From assembly GCA_964016885.1 (NCBI GenBank), contig OZ024742.1, positions 82,212,001-82,276,000 of the forward strand: DNA of 64,000 nucleotides, given 5' to 3'. Below, piece by piece: positions 13,395-27,141 of this stretch; within the stretch, counting starts at the first letter, position 1, and every line of letters starts with the position of its first letter. Position numbers and translations under genes: made by a program. The notes under the pieces were generated by a model. That model saw only the letters and a program-made list of their open reading frames with translations. It made no database searches and had not been told where the DNA came from. This DNA comes from Eledone cirrhosa (Eukaryota).

Positions 13395-13488
13395 ACCCCG
13401 ACAGCTGAGCTCAAGCCGTTTCGACCGCTAATTCTGGACTAAATGAAAATTTATCCTGGTATTTAAATAGCCGATCTTCTCAAGGGGT
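13395..13488 (-). ncRNA. Type I hammerhead, family A (U3-A8), inverted arm
   Basis: acccc-TTGAGAA-gatcggcta...tagcggtc-GAAA-cggct..agctg-TC-ggggt. Confidence 0.7.
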
Positions 13489-14487
13489 AATTCCATATAT
13501 GGTCAAAGTGATTGTCAAAAATCAGTAGTAATTCTGTGGTTGCAAATTAGTAGGGGAGATGGTGGCTAAACCTGCCAGTAGGAGAAAGAGGGGAGGGGGT
13601 GGAGTAGCCCCAATCAAGCGTTTGTAGTGCCAGCTACAGCTGGGCATGAGGTCAAAGAAGATACAGGGGAGGGGGAGGGGGAGGAAGTCGGAACGGTAGG
13701 TAGAACAATGGGGGGTAGAAATATATAGGAAAGAAAAAATACTGAGAGTGAAGAAAAGCAAATAAGTGTAAAGAAAAACAAATGAGTGTAAAGAAAAAAG
13801 TAAAGTAAATTAAAATCTACGACCTAGGTCTCTAGCTATTGTTAGTCTAGAATAAATAAATAAAGAAAGAAAGAAAGAAGTAAAGAAAGAAATAAAGAAA
13901 TAACGAAATAAGTAAAAGAACTAGGTGGGACGGATTAGGCGAGGACCCTTTTAAGAGGTATAAGTACGTAAATGATACGGTGACGGGTCAACAAAAGGGG
14001 CCAAAATACTAATGAGACTACCACGAAATAAACAATAAAGGTTTCCATCCCGGGCACAATTCCAGCAAACACCCAGTGCAGCAAATTGAACTAATACGAG
14101 ATAATAATTCTGAGTCCCGAGAAAAATATATACTAATGCTAACTCTAAAAGATCTAAAACAAGCTACATGAAAGTTCGTACGAAGTAAAGGTAGAATACG
14201 GAAGAATAAATTCAGAATCCACCCCGCCCAAAAGAAAAGCGAAGAAAGAAATACTGAAACGAAAAAATAAGGCATAAGTGCCACTAAGAAATATAGAGGG
14301 CACAGAGAATAGTGGGAGCGGTCGGAAAAAGGGGACAAGTATCCGGTGTCTAAACCAACTGCTATAAAGGGCGGAGTCCGCCAAATCTATCCTAGACTAG
14401 GGGAGGGGGTGGGGGTACTAAGGCTACAAGGGGCCAAAGGGCAGCCTCGGGTGGGCGAGAAAAGACGCCGACAAAGGCTTATTAACC

Positions 14488-16071
14488 TCTATCAGGCTTA
14501 TTAACCCAACGAAGTCCGACATAGGGCGAATCAGCAAAAAAATCCTAGACCGCGTGATACCAAAAGTCAAGCAACACACCCGACTTAGCCTATGGATCAA
14601 CACCCAGGAAGTAATCTCCTGGTTCAGCAATATGGAGGATAAACGAGAAACTAAATTCATACAGTTCGACATAGAGAGCTACTATGCTTCAATCACCTTA
14701 CCGCTACTTACTGCCGCCTTGGACTTCGCCGAAACACTTGTGCCCATCACCGACCAGGAAAGAAAAATCATTCTCCACGCCAGGAACACAGTCTTACTCT
14801 TTGACGACTCTAAATGGATAAAAAGAGCTCCCTACTCACCCTTCGACGTCAGCATGGGCGCCACGGATTCGGCGGAGGTCACAGATCTTATAGGATTATT
14901 CCTAATAGCCAAACTCACTGATATGTTTCCTGCATTCAGTGGTGGATTGTACCGTGATGATGGGCTCCTTACCCTTAAAGGGTACAACCCCAGTAGTACA
15001 GATCGGGTCCGGAAACAATTAATCAGATTCTTCCGCGACTGGGGATTTAAAATAACCCTACAAACGTCCCTGACCAGAGTAAACTTCCTGGACGTGACCC
15101 TCGACCTCGAAAACGACCTGTACTACCCATACAGGAAACCTAATGACAATCTGCACTACATCCACCGCCGATCAAACCATCCTAGGAACATCACAAACAA
15201 CCTGGTCAAAAACATCTCCCTCCGCATATCCCGTTTGTCAGCTAATGAGCGGATATTCGATGAACATGCGCCTTATTACAACCAGGCCCTCAAGCGGAGT
15301 GGTTTCCGGGAGGAAATATCCTACTTTCCAGCTCCCATTAGCGGAACCAGCAGGAGACACCGCCGCTCACGCAATGTAACATGGTTCAATCCTCCCCACA
15401 ACGCAGAGGTGACAACTCCCATCGGGAAACTATTCTTTAGGCTCATTGAAAAACACTTCCCATTACAACACCGCCACCACAACATAATTAACAAAAATAC
15501 CATCAAACTCTCTTACAGCACTACACCAAACTTCGCACAAAACATCGTCTCCTCTAACAACAAAAAACTCAATCCCGATGGCAGAAATAACCTAAATAGC
15601 AGTGGAGAACCGACCAGGAGGTGTAACTGCCCGGATAGATCTATTTGCCCACTCGACAATAGATGCAGAGACCGTAATGTGATCTACCAGTGCAACGTGA
15701 GGACGGATACCTCCAACAAAGCCTATATAGGACTTACCGCATGTGACTTCAAGACCCGGCTATACCAACATAGACATAACTTCCGAAACCCGGCCCGGCG
15801 TCACGCCACTACACTTTAGGGCCACATATGGGACCTCAAGGACAACAACATCACCTATGATCTCACTTGGAGATTACTGTCCAGGGCCAATTCTTACACG
15901 GGAGGACGCCGTCCGTGCAATTTATGCTCGGAGGAAACTTTACAAATGATGTTTTCGACGGACCAACTCCTAAACAAGAAAGATGAACTGGTTACTGCAT
16001 GTAAACATAGATTGCGTAGGACTTACCTCGCCCTCAAACACCATAATGACCCGGGGGGGGGGGTAGACTAG
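14488..16071 (+). pseudogene. PLE reverse transcriptase plus GIY-YIG endonuclease (N-truncated, one premature stop)
   Basis: RLINPTKS, FDIESYYASI, GLYRDDGL, VNFLDVTL, WFNPP, CNC..CPL..C, VIYQC..YIGLT. TAG at 15817-15819, after which the frame continues GHIWDLK..CNLCSEE..LLNK..CKH. Confidence 0.95.
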
Positions 16072-17205
16072 GGCTATAACACCCCACTTGCCGATTTTGC
16101 AATGGGTAACCCCTGCTTGCCAAGGGAGACGTAAGATCTTCTTCGTATTCTTTTATCGCTTCCTTTATTTCCTTCCTTCCCCCCTCTCTCCTTAGTCCTT
16201 CTACCCCAGCTCTTCTCCTTTGTCGGCGTCTTTTCTCGCCCACCCGAGGCTGCCCTTTGGCCCCTTGTAGCCTTAGTACCCCCACCCCCTCCCCTAGTCT
16301 AGGATAGATTTGGCGGACTCCGCCCTTTATAGCAGTTGGTTTAGACCCCGGATACTTGTCCCCATTTTCCGACCGCTCCCACTATTCTCTGTGCCCTCTA
16401 TATTTCTTAGTGGCACTTATGCCTTATTTTTTCGTTTCAGTATTTCTTTCTTCGCTTTTCTTTTGGGCGGGGTGGATTCTGAATTTATTCTTCCGTATTC
16501 TACCTTTACTTCGTACGAACTGTCATGTAGCTTGTTTTAGATCTTTTAGAGTTAGCATTAGTATATATTTTTCTCGGGACTCAGAATTATTATCTCGTAT
16601 TAGTTCACTTTGCTGCACTGGGTGTTTGCTGGAATTGTGCCCGGGATGGAAACCTTTATTGTTTATTTCGTGGTAGTCTCTTTAGTATTTTGGCCCCTTT
16701 TGTTGACCCGTCACCGTATCATTTACGTACTTATACCTCTTAAAAGGGTCCTCGCCTAATCCGTCCCACCTAGTTCTTTTACTTATTTCGTTATTTCTTT
16801 ATTTCTTTCTTTACTTCTTTCTTTCTTTATTTATTTATTTATTCTAGACTAACAATAGCTAGAGACCTAGGTCGTAGATTTTAATTTACTTTACTTTTTT
16901 CTTTACACTCATTTGTTTTTCTTTACACTTATTTGCTTTTCTTCACTCTCAGTATTTTTTCTTTCCTTTATATTTCTACCCCCCATTGTTCTACCTACCG
17001 TTCCGACTTCCTCCCCCTCCCCCTCCCCTGTATCTTCTTTGACCTCATGCCCAGCTGTAGCTGGCACTACAAACGCTTGATTGGGGCTACTCCACCCCCT
17101 CCCCTCTTTCTCCTACTGGCAGGTTTAGCCACCATCTCCCCTACTAATTTGCAACCACAGAATTACTACTGATTTTTGACAATCACTTTGACCATATATG
17201 GAATT

Positions 17206-17299
17206 ACCCCTTGAGAAGATCGGTTATTTAAATACCAGGATAAATTTTCATTTAGTCCAGAATTAGCCGTCGAAACGGCTTGAGCTCAGCTGTCGGGGT
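17206..17299 (+). ncRNA. Type I hammerhead, family A (U3-A8)
   Basis: acccc-TTGAGAA-gatcggtta...tagccgtc-GAAA-cggct-tgagctc-agctg-TC-ggggt. Stem II is long and stem III is near-palindromic. Confidence 0.75.
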
Positions 17300-17390
17300 C
17301 TTACTGGTTCCTATTACCCACTCTACTACCTCAAGTATTGAGTACTTTGGTGCGTTATGGTCCACCTGGTTCCTTACCACATTTCCTTCG

Positions 17391-17455
<65 letters not shown>

Positions 17456-17458
<3 letters not shown>

Positions 17459-18110
17459 GAGGTTTGTCAGAAAAAAAACAGGACTGGCGTAACAACTAGA
17501 GATTAAACGAGTTCACCTTTACCCACCGTGTCTCACGCATGTTCCCATCCGTCGCCAGGTTCTATGCATATCTGGAAGGATTCTTCTGAGTTTCTTGATT
17601 GCTCTATTGAAGGCTTCCTCGTCTGGAAAATTAGTCCCCTTGATGGCTCACAGGTGATGCATTTCGGCGGCTGGTCTTGTTTGGTTTGTGGTTATCCTGA
17701 CATACATGCATGTGACGCTCATTCTGGTAATCGTTAGTCTACTTCGCCCCCCCCCCTCTTTATGAATATCTTCTGCATGCTTAATTATTCGGTAATAATC
17801 TTCCAAACACTGTCGTGGTTCATGCTCTGCTCACTTTCACTCAGTTGAACTATCACCTGTTGATCACTATGCACTAATTGCCTCACCCGTTCAACCTTGG
17901 CTTCAGACCTGTTCCTTGAAGGCCTACCTACATCTTCTGGGGGAGTCATTTGTCGTTCTTTAAACCTTAGATACTTCTCGAAAATCCGTGAGCAACACAA
18001 TGTTTCATCTCTCTCCCCTTGCTGTGTTATATCACGTGCTTTTGACGGATTTTCCCCAGCCGGAGAGAAACGTCAGGTTTGTTCGTTGCTCTGCACTCAT
18101 CTGGTGATGG
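17456..18110 (-). mobile_element. Mariner/Tc1 transposon relic
   Basis: TA-flanked TIR-like tacgaggtttgtcagaaaa. Minus-strand HTH GRPSRNRSEAKVERVRQLVHSD..SVWKIITE and a C-terminal WRR.M..CV..G remnant. Confidence 0.75.
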
Positions 18111-18550
18111 CCTAAAATTTAGGTGATGTTATCAAAATGAAATATGATAATGGGCTCTTGAAAATGGGTATATATAACAATATTTATGAATGCGGGTGAA
18201 TCAGATTAAAAAAAGGTTTAATTGATGAAGGATCAGGTAGTGTGCTGATTGCTGGAATTACGTCGTTTGAAGTCATAACCACTTCAACATATGACTAATT
18301 TGTCGGAATAACATTCCAATGAGATATTTTTGTTGATAATGATACTGTTGTATGAAACATTTCAAATGATTTTGTGAAATATCGCTCCAGGACGCATGTT
18401 ACATACACATCATTTCTGAAGTGTGTGTCTGGTTTACATGTACTGTTTATATCATGAAAAAGAAAAATCAGTATGTACATGATATTCAAATTATTTCCTA
18501 TTTATGTATGATGTAAAATTCTGTATGTTATTAGTGGCCCAATAGGTATG

Positions 18551-18551
<1 letters not shown>

Positions 18552-18581
<30 letters not shown>

Positions 18582-18696
18582 CTTCTTCTTCTTCTTCTTC
18601 TTCTTCTTCTTCTTCTTCTTCTTCTTCTTCTTCTTCTTCTTCTTCTTCTTCTTCTTCTTCTTCTTCTTCTTCTTCTTCTTCTTCTTCTTCTTCTTC
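18552..18696. repeat. (TTC)n microsatellite
   Basis: About 48 perfect CTT units. Confidence 0.98.
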
Positions 18697-18699
18697 ATG

Positions 18700-20440
18700 A
18701 TCTACGAAAAGAGACCCACCGATATGTCCCTTGCTTTGAATGAGTACAAGAAATCATATGACAATGTCTGCATTTTTATCTTCAACGTTTGTATAATTTA
18801 GATTATCAGATATCATCAAGATCCTTATAGAGAAATCAGTAGCTAAATGGAAAGTAGGATTGATATCAACTGGAAAAACATTTGATGAAGTGAAGATAAA
18901 GCGGGTCTTCTTCCAAGGAAACTGTTTATCTCCAATTCTGTTTGTTGTTGCAATGATTCCATTGTCTGTGTTCTTAGAAACGTGCCAATCAGATACAGTC
19001 TAGGGAAGGATAGGAACAACTCCATTCATTTATTATTTATGGATCACTTAAAACTATACAGTCGTAATGTAATCTCCGAAGATATGTGGATACAGTTTGG
19101 CATTTCAACGTGTGCAATGATAGAAGTGATGCATAACAACAACTTATAAGATGTGATGGAATGGAACTAACAAATGGCGAAAGAATCAAGGCACTGGAAA
19201 CTGACGAAACATATAAATATCTAGATGTGCTAAAAACCAATCACGTAAAAAGCATAACAGTAAAACATATTTTCAGAAATGAGTTCTTTGAAAGATTGAG
19301 AACGATCTTCATGTTCAGTTTGAGTGGTAGAAACATGGTGTAGGCAATAAACACCAGTCTTTTTATTAATTAGGTATGGCGTAGCTATAATAGAATCGAC
19401 AAAATTAGAGTTGATGGAAATAGGTCGTAGGACAAGGAAAATGCTCACTATCTATCACAGTGTCCACTCACAAATTGTATTGGAACCTAAAGTAGAGGTA
19501 CAGGTCTCCTGAGCATACATGAAGCAGGCAAAATAAATAAAATGACCTATGGTCTTCCACATGAAAAATGAGAAAGAATAGTTTATAGCTGGGGTTGTCA
19601 GGGAAAGCTTATTTCAGTAAATTGAAGACCAAGAAAACACAAAATTTCAGATTACTAAAGAGTTTTAACATGTATTTGGTGAAAGGCCTTAGCACTAGGC
19701 ATTACTTAAGGAAACAAGAAACGTGTGTGATAACAAAATGCTTGGTTATGGTTACGAAAGGCTACATTAAGAACGAAGAGTACAGACTTATATTAACAAC
19801 ACAAGATAAGGCCATAAGAAAACTATGTTAATGAAGATCATAGAGTAGAAAGATCTTCAAACTGAATGTAGAATTTACGGGGTGACAACAGAGACAGTTC
19901 CCCATATCGTTTCAGAATGTAAGCACTTAGTCCAGAATTATCATAAAAATGGCAGACATGATAATCTGGCTACCAGTTTGCACTGGAGCTGATGTAAAGA
20001 GTATGGATTGCTATGTACAGGAAAAAAATATAAACATGATGTCACAAATTATATGAGAATGATAGAAGACGACTTTCCAAATCGTACCAATATAGAGATC
20101 TTGAAATGCTGGAGTAATAAGGGGGGGGGGGGGGGGCGGTCACCATTGTTTCAGTGGTGATTGGTGCTCTGGGATGGTGACATAAACATTCAAAGCTACC
20201 TATTGATCATATAGTTTTTTGTAGAGTTTGAACGGATCTAGAGGGCCTGACTCTTAGGTACAGCTGATAATTTGAGAAATGTTATAGGTTTACACCAACA
20301 ATGAAAGGACAAGGAATGATATGTAACATTTGGAATTACCCTTGGTTACTAGTTATAGTCCGGTATTCCCTACAATAAAGGGCCAGACCCAACATCTAAG
20401 CTGGTCGTTATAAATAGTCAAATAATATTAATTATAATTA
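18700..20440 (+). mobile_element. Degenerate R4/Dong-like non-LTR retrotransposon (RT plus REL)
   Basis: Fragments YKKSYDNV, GLLPRK-LSP, HLLFMDHLKL, YKYLDV, KTRKMLT, ECRIYG..ETVPHIVSEC, RHDN, VVIGALG. Ends in a TAA-rich tract. Confidence 0.75.
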
Positions 20441-21177
20441 TGATTTCTACTCTAAGCACAAGTTGAGCAATCCGTGAGGATAGGAAAGATAAGTTCATGT
20501 ATGCAAACAATATGACGTGCATTTTTGAAACAGTGTGTATGCTTCATAAGGAAACAATAATTGGTACAAAAACAGAAACATGGAATGAAGCAGAAGAAAG
20601 AGCTGTCGCCTCTCTCAGTTTCGAAGTATGACACCCAGAAACTTGCAGTACATTTTTATCACACTAGAGAAGTTATATTCAGATCGTGTGATTTATTCAA
20701 AGCGATTTGTTTCAATCAGTCTTGTGGAACATATTTTTTCATATATTTTCACGTCAACAATAGATGCTCATGAATCGATCAGAATCACAGAGATATGTCA
20801 GCTAATCACCTCTTAATACTCCAACTCCACTACAAAGCATTACTCTCCACAATGTTGTTTTGCTCCTTCATAACTAACGCCTATTCATGCACAACTATGA
20901 TGATAAACGTATGTCTTGTATCGATCGGATAATCTCCTTTCAAGTATTAAATCAGTTCTTTTTGATCAATCATTTTTGAAGGTGTGAACAAATATAAAAT
21001 GTATAATATTCTCTAATTTGAACACTTACACTGACTAGTACAAACCATTACAACGTGTATATCTATATATATATATACAGGAACGATCGACTTTCGTCAA
21101 ATCGGACCGAGGGAACAATGTTTCCGTTGGTCTTTCCAATTGCTAATACTATCTATCGGTCGCAACTCCAGGTAGAA

Positions 21178-21296
21178 GGAGCAACGTGAAATAAAGTGTC
21201 TTGCTCAAGGACATAACGCATCGCCTGGTCCACGAATCAAACTCACAACCTTACGATTGCGAATCCAATTCTCTAACCACTCCGCCACACGCCTTC
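21178..21296 (-). mobile_element. tRNA-derived CORE-type SINE fragment
   Basis: Minus strand: tggcggagtggttagag (A box), gagtttgattc (B box), tgtccttgagcaagacactttatttcac core. Confidence 0.75.
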
Positions 21297-21326
21297 ACAC
21301 ACACACAAACACATATATATATATAC

Positions 21327-21555
<229 letters not shown>

Positions 21556-21625
21556 TTATGAAGAGAGAAGAAACATTTAGATATAATTAGTAATAAAATG
21601 TATCATACCTAAACTGTTCCTAAAT

Positions 21626-21713
21626 TCCTCGACTACGTAGTTTCGTGGCATAAACAAAAACAATATATCAAAGATATAGAGTTCTTGCGAGGTCTGCCGA
21701 CTTATCAAGAGGA
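21626..21713 (-). ncRNA. Type I hammerhead, family E (U3-A8)
   Basis: tcctc-TTGATAA-gtcggca...tgccac-GAAA-ctacgtag-TC-gagga, with palindromic stem III. Confidence 0.8.
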
Positions 21714-22224
21714 TACCTCATTTTACTAGTCTCAAGAACGCGTCTACACGACGTGAGAAAGAATCCCAAAAGGCGGAGGGGGAGATAGTCACGCGATATA
21801 ACGGTCGAGAAACAGAGCTAAGCCTCCTATAACCACGAAGAAAATACCACGGAGGCGGAGGGGGTATTCATATCGAGGCCGTAGAAGAGGTAGTGAAGAA
21901 GGCGAGAAGTATGAGTAATGGAAGCTTTCCAGTTGTCCCCACACTTCAAAGATTGCTCGACCAGAGGGAGTTATTAATATATTAAGAAACACACAGATAC
22001 ATGCGGACACACACATATATACATATATACATGAATGCATCCGCACCCAACTGTGAGTTAAGGGTGCCAACTTCACCGATGTTGCTCAATGAATGACTGG
22101 GACAGACCAATTCAGTTTGAACCAGACTGAACCAGTATCAGAGTTAAAAATACATTATGAAGAGAGAAGAAACATTTAGATATAATTAGTAATAAAATGT
22201 ATCATACCTAAACTGTTCCTAAAT

Positions 22225-22312
22225 TCCTCGACTACGTAGTTTCGTGGCATAAACAAAAACAATATATCAAAGATATAGAGTTCTTGCGAGGTCTGCCGAC
22301 TTATCAAGAGGA
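22225..22312 (-). ncRNA. Type I hammerhead, family E, second copy
   Basis: Identical to 21626-21713, offset 599 bp. Confidence 0.8.
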
Positions 22313-22614
22313 TACCTCATTTTACTAGTCTCAAGAACGCGTCTACACGACGTGAGAAAGAATCCCAAAAGGCGGAGGGGGAGATAGTCACGCGATATAA
22401 CGGTCGAGAAACAGAGCTAAGCCTCCTATAACCACGAAGAAAATACCACGGAGGCGGAGGGGGTATTCATATCGAGGCCGTAGAAGAGGAAACTGAATTG
22501 GTCTGTCCCAGTCATTCATTGAGCAACATCGGTGAAGTTGGCACCCTTAACTCACAGTTGGGTGCGGATGCATTCATGTATATATGTGTGTGTCCGCATG
22601 TATCTGTGTGTTTC

Positions 22615-22717
<103 letters not shown>

Positions 22718-22768
22718 GTATATATATGTATATATATATATATATGTATATATATGTATATATGTATA

Positions 22769-22799
<31 letters not shown>

Positions 22800-22800
<1 letters not shown>

Positions 22801-23300
22801 GTTAAAAGAATAGAGGTGTAACACACAAGTTATTATATATTGGTAAACGGAATAGAAAATGCTGACAAATTGTTCACAGTTGAAAAATGGTTTAATTAGG
22901 AATAAAAGAGTATTAATGATTGTATGGGTTAGTATTCAGTTGTGGTTTTAAGTTTTTAAGTTTTTACCGGTTGCGCATTTCTAAATGCTTTTCAAAAATA
23001 ATTTTGAGATAGAGTGTCCGTGATGTTTGCTCTGATCTGATTAGTTTTGGGAATTCTACCTGTTTTTATGTTAAAAAAGTGGCTCCAGCGTTATTTTTGT
23101 GTTGCAAAAATTCTTGTGGTCAAAACAATTTTGATTGGTCGGTAGAGGTCATGTGAATGTAAAAAGTTGATTTTGCGCCAAGACTGTTTTTATGTTAAAA
23201 AAGTGGCTCCAGCAAAAATTCTTGGTCAAAACAATTTTTATTGGTCGGTAGAGCTCAAGTGAATAAAAAATTGGTTTTGCGCCAAGATTGAGAAATGACT
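22800..23300 (-). mobile_element. PLE 3' end related to family G (decayed HHR 22962-22998)
   Basis: ttt-TTGAAAA-gcatt..aatgc-GCAA-ccgg-TA-aaa. Shares aaaaagtggctc and tttgattgg with 6110-6160 and has an internal duplication at 23060-23290. Confidence 0.6.
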
Positions 23301-23466
23301 CTTTCACAACAAATATGTGTGTGTGTGTGTATGTGTGTGTGTGTGTGTGTGTGCGCGTGTGTGTGTGTGTGTGTATGTGTGTGTGTGTGTGTAGTAGTAG
23401 TAGTAGTAAGGTGTTCGATGCTGCGACAATGGCCAGCAGCGATGTGTGTCAAATGGCTATTAAGAT

Positions 23467-23566
<100 letters not shown>

Positions 23567-23598
23567 AAACCACAACTGAATACTAACCCATACAATCA

Positions 23599-26500
23599 CT
23601 AATACTCTGTTATACATTTATTATCTATACATGAGTGTCTTTGAAACGGGTATGTCTTGCTAATAAGTGTTTTTACGGAGGTACCTGGTCTTTCTACTAT
23701 CTTAATATTGAGTTTATGTTTATTTAGGGCCCTTCTAAATTTGTAGGCTAGTTCGCCTCTAGGGGTTGTATCGATGAACATTACACTCTGGTATTTATTG
23801 CTATCATACCATGGGTTTATTCTATTAACATTATTCCTAGTTCTTTCTATTATATTCCAAAATTTGCTCCTATACAAGGGGCAGGTCCCATTTATGTCAT
23901 TATTTACCATTTTTTCCCATTTGGTTCTGGCTCCTCTATACATTCTGATTCTATCTCTCTGATTGTAGCCAGAGAACTGCATACGGTGGATGAAGTGTTG
24001 TATGTGTCTCTCTAGTTCTTCGGGGTTTCACATGCGGGACACATTTCTCATCACCCGTACCAAATCCGCAATCAGTATGTTGATTTTGGTATGGTCCGAA
24101 ATGGCCGAGTTTCGGTGGATCAGATGTTTGGAAGTCATGGGTTGGGCATAATGGGAATGGAGGATTTGTTTTTGGTTGTTAATGGTATCTAACCAGAGCT
24201 CTGTGTCTAGTACAGGTAATCGATGCTTAGGGTGTCTACTTGGGTAGTCTATAGTAACTCTAATGCTCTGGTGGATGGAGTTTGCTATTTGCTGGATGCT
24301 TTCCATTGTGTTTTTCTCTAGTTCCTGACTGTTCTCTAGTGGGGGTGTCTTAACTATGATGTTTATATCATCTTCGTAGCGGGAGTACATTATCAGGGTT
24401 AAGCTGTCTTCTAATTGTTCTTTAAGTTTAAGTTTAAGTCTACTGTCCCACCATACCATGAATAAGTTAGCTATGTCGCCTGCAATGTTAACACCAATGG
24501 CTGCTCCTTCCTCTTGGGCATATTTTTTTCCATTAAATTTGAACATATGTTGCTTAAGGGTTAATTTTATGCTGGCCCCTACCGCCTGTGCAATCATTTC
24601 CTTCAGTTCATCGTGGTTTTCTGTGTGGGTTTTCTTGGCCATTGAGGTAATGGTAGGTGGTCTGCCTCTTGCTGGTCTTGTAGGGCACAGGTTGCTAAGG
24701 TCATATGTGTCTAGGTAACTATTACTATGGGTAAGCTTAAGTAGAAGTCCCAGCTCACTGGTATCAATCCCACGGAACTCAACCTTGCTCTCGTTGATCA
24801 TTTCTACGCATTTCTCCACAGCAAAATCCACGTCAATAGATGGATACAGGAACACAACATCCATACTACCTATTATGCAGTTTGTTAGGTCCCCAGATCG
24901 GTTACTCACGCCGATTCTGCTGAGGAGCTCCTCCGTGCTGTCACATACATCTGGGGACATCTCAATGATGGGGCGTATGATCAGGGAGAGGAAGTAGGAC
25001 AGTCTGTAGTTACTAGCAATGTTAGCTCCACAGACCGGCCGTGTTGGTGGTCCCGCGACAGGGTCACAGTCCGTTTTATGGTCTTTTCGAAGCCCGTACA
25101 ACGCCGGCACGTCATTGTTCCAGGCCTGGAAGTTGTTGGCAGTCCTTTTGTTGGGCTGCATTATATTCGTCCACATCACCATATGGGCATTGAGGGCTTT
25201 TTCTCTATCCTCATGCTCCTGTGGTGTTACCTCTCTTGTGTTAGTGATGTGGGGTTGCATTGCCTGGATGTAGTTTGGCAGGCTGTCAATCGACATTCTG
25301 CCAGACTTGTCTGTTGGAAAGCATGCTATCTCTCCATTACGTGAGCGCTGCATGAGCTTACGCAAGCCATTTGCAGATTTTTATCCCAGTTGCTGGGCCT
25401 CTATTCTATTATGCTTCTTGCTATACTGTTCTATAATATTTCTAAGTTCGGATCTAGCTATACTAAATTGTGCTTCTGTTTGTTCATCGACCTGCGACGG
25501 CAACTGCGTGCGTTTGTTAAATGGTAAAGTCGTGGCGTGGACTCGTCGCAGGTCGAATGATTTATCGGAGGAATTATAAAACGGAGAGTTCCAGGCTGCT
25601 GCTTTATGTGTACTAGTGCTATTGTTATTGTTAGTTGTGTTGTTTCTATTTCTATTTCCACCAACAGCCTCATGGTTGTTTCTATGTCTCTCATAATTAC
25701 TCCTGTCTCTTTCCACTGGCTCAATGTTGTTATCTACCCTATTTTGTGTGTCTGTGTGTTCGTCTTGGTTATTCTCTTTGTCCTTAGTCTCCCTTCTCCT
25801 TTTAATCCTATTACTTTCCCTTATTTCTGTGATTTCTGTACTACTGTCATTACTTGTTTTCTGTGTCTGTGTGTTTGTTAAGATTGTGGTGGTGGTGAGA
25901 GGCATTGAATGCGTGTGTGTTGTTGTTGTTGATGTGTGCTATTGTTGATGTGTCTTGTTGTTGTCTATGTGTGTGTTATCGTTGTTGTGTGTGTTGTTAT
26001 TGTTGTTTGTGTCTGCGTGTCTGTTGCTGTTGTTTCTGGGTATGTTGTCATTGTTGATGTGTGTGTTGTTGTTATTGTTGTTTGTGTCTGTGTGTCTGTT
26101 GTTGTTGGGATGTGTGTTGTATATGTGTGTGCGTATATTGTTGCTTTTGTTTTTGATGCTCCAGCGTAGTTTTGTAAATGATTTTTCTATTTCTGACAGA
26201 CAACTAATCATATTTACCTTCTTGAATGTCGCAAATTTCGGGGGCAAACACAACACAAACATTTCGTCATTATCTATTTTTGCGTTCCCATATATATTGG
26301 TGTTTTTGTTGTTGAACTCTTCTGTTAATGAGGTGTCGGCCATGTTGATACCGTCAATTTTGTCGGGATATCTATTGGTATACTCTATACTATCCTGATT
26401 TAGCTTTACCTGTTTAAGCCACTTTAGTTTGTTAAAGTGCTTATCACATTCTTGAGTAATGTACTGTTCTTCAGGGCGTATAAGGCTTATAAATATTAGT

Positions 26501-27064
26501 TTCTCTCTTGGTGTGGTGATCCTAGCTATTTCTTGTATTAGGTTACGCTTTTGTTTTTCTTGATGACTTAATTCTCTATAGATCTTCTTTTTTATGTTTA
26601 GAATTAATGTTCGTTTTAGCCTATCTGCTTGTTTTTTGGTGAGTTGTAATCTTCTAACGTCGGTATTGATGGTGTTGGTGTAGATTCTGGACTAGGCACA
26701 CTGCTTTATGAAGTATAGTTGTCGAGATGTTATGGTTTTTCGTAGACAACAGAACATGGTGGTTTTCAGTATCTTGTTAGCCTGGCTAAGGCTTACGATA
26801 TTTCGTTTCTGAATTTGTTTAGCAAGATTCTTTATCTGAAATCGTGTGTTGAAACTGATATTGTTATACTTTGGGAGGGTCATGTTGCCAATAAGAAACA
26901 CACGCACCAGAAGCTTTCAATTCAATTTATTATATATTTATAAATTTATAAATTTACAAATCTACAAATTTATAAATTTCTGGTTGGTTGGTATTATAAT
27001 AAATTGAAGTGAAAGCATCTGGTGCATGTGTTTCCTATTGACAACATGACCCTCCCAAAGTATA

Positions 27065-27141
<77 letters not shown>

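Larger units (their letters stand above)
13381..17391 (+). mobile_element. Young 5'-truncated Penelope-like element with ~1.1-kb inverted pseudo-LTR (family A)
   Basis: 13381-14477 is a near-perfect reverse complement of 16217-17313. The RT/EN ORF lies between, followed by a ~80-nt 3' tail. (TA)n on both sides. Confidence 0.95.

Noticed and set aside
15817-15819. TAG inside the GIY-YIG region as programmed readthrough
   Set aside because: The paralog at ~10845 encodes through this position (STRLADLVW), so this is likely a copy-specific mutation.
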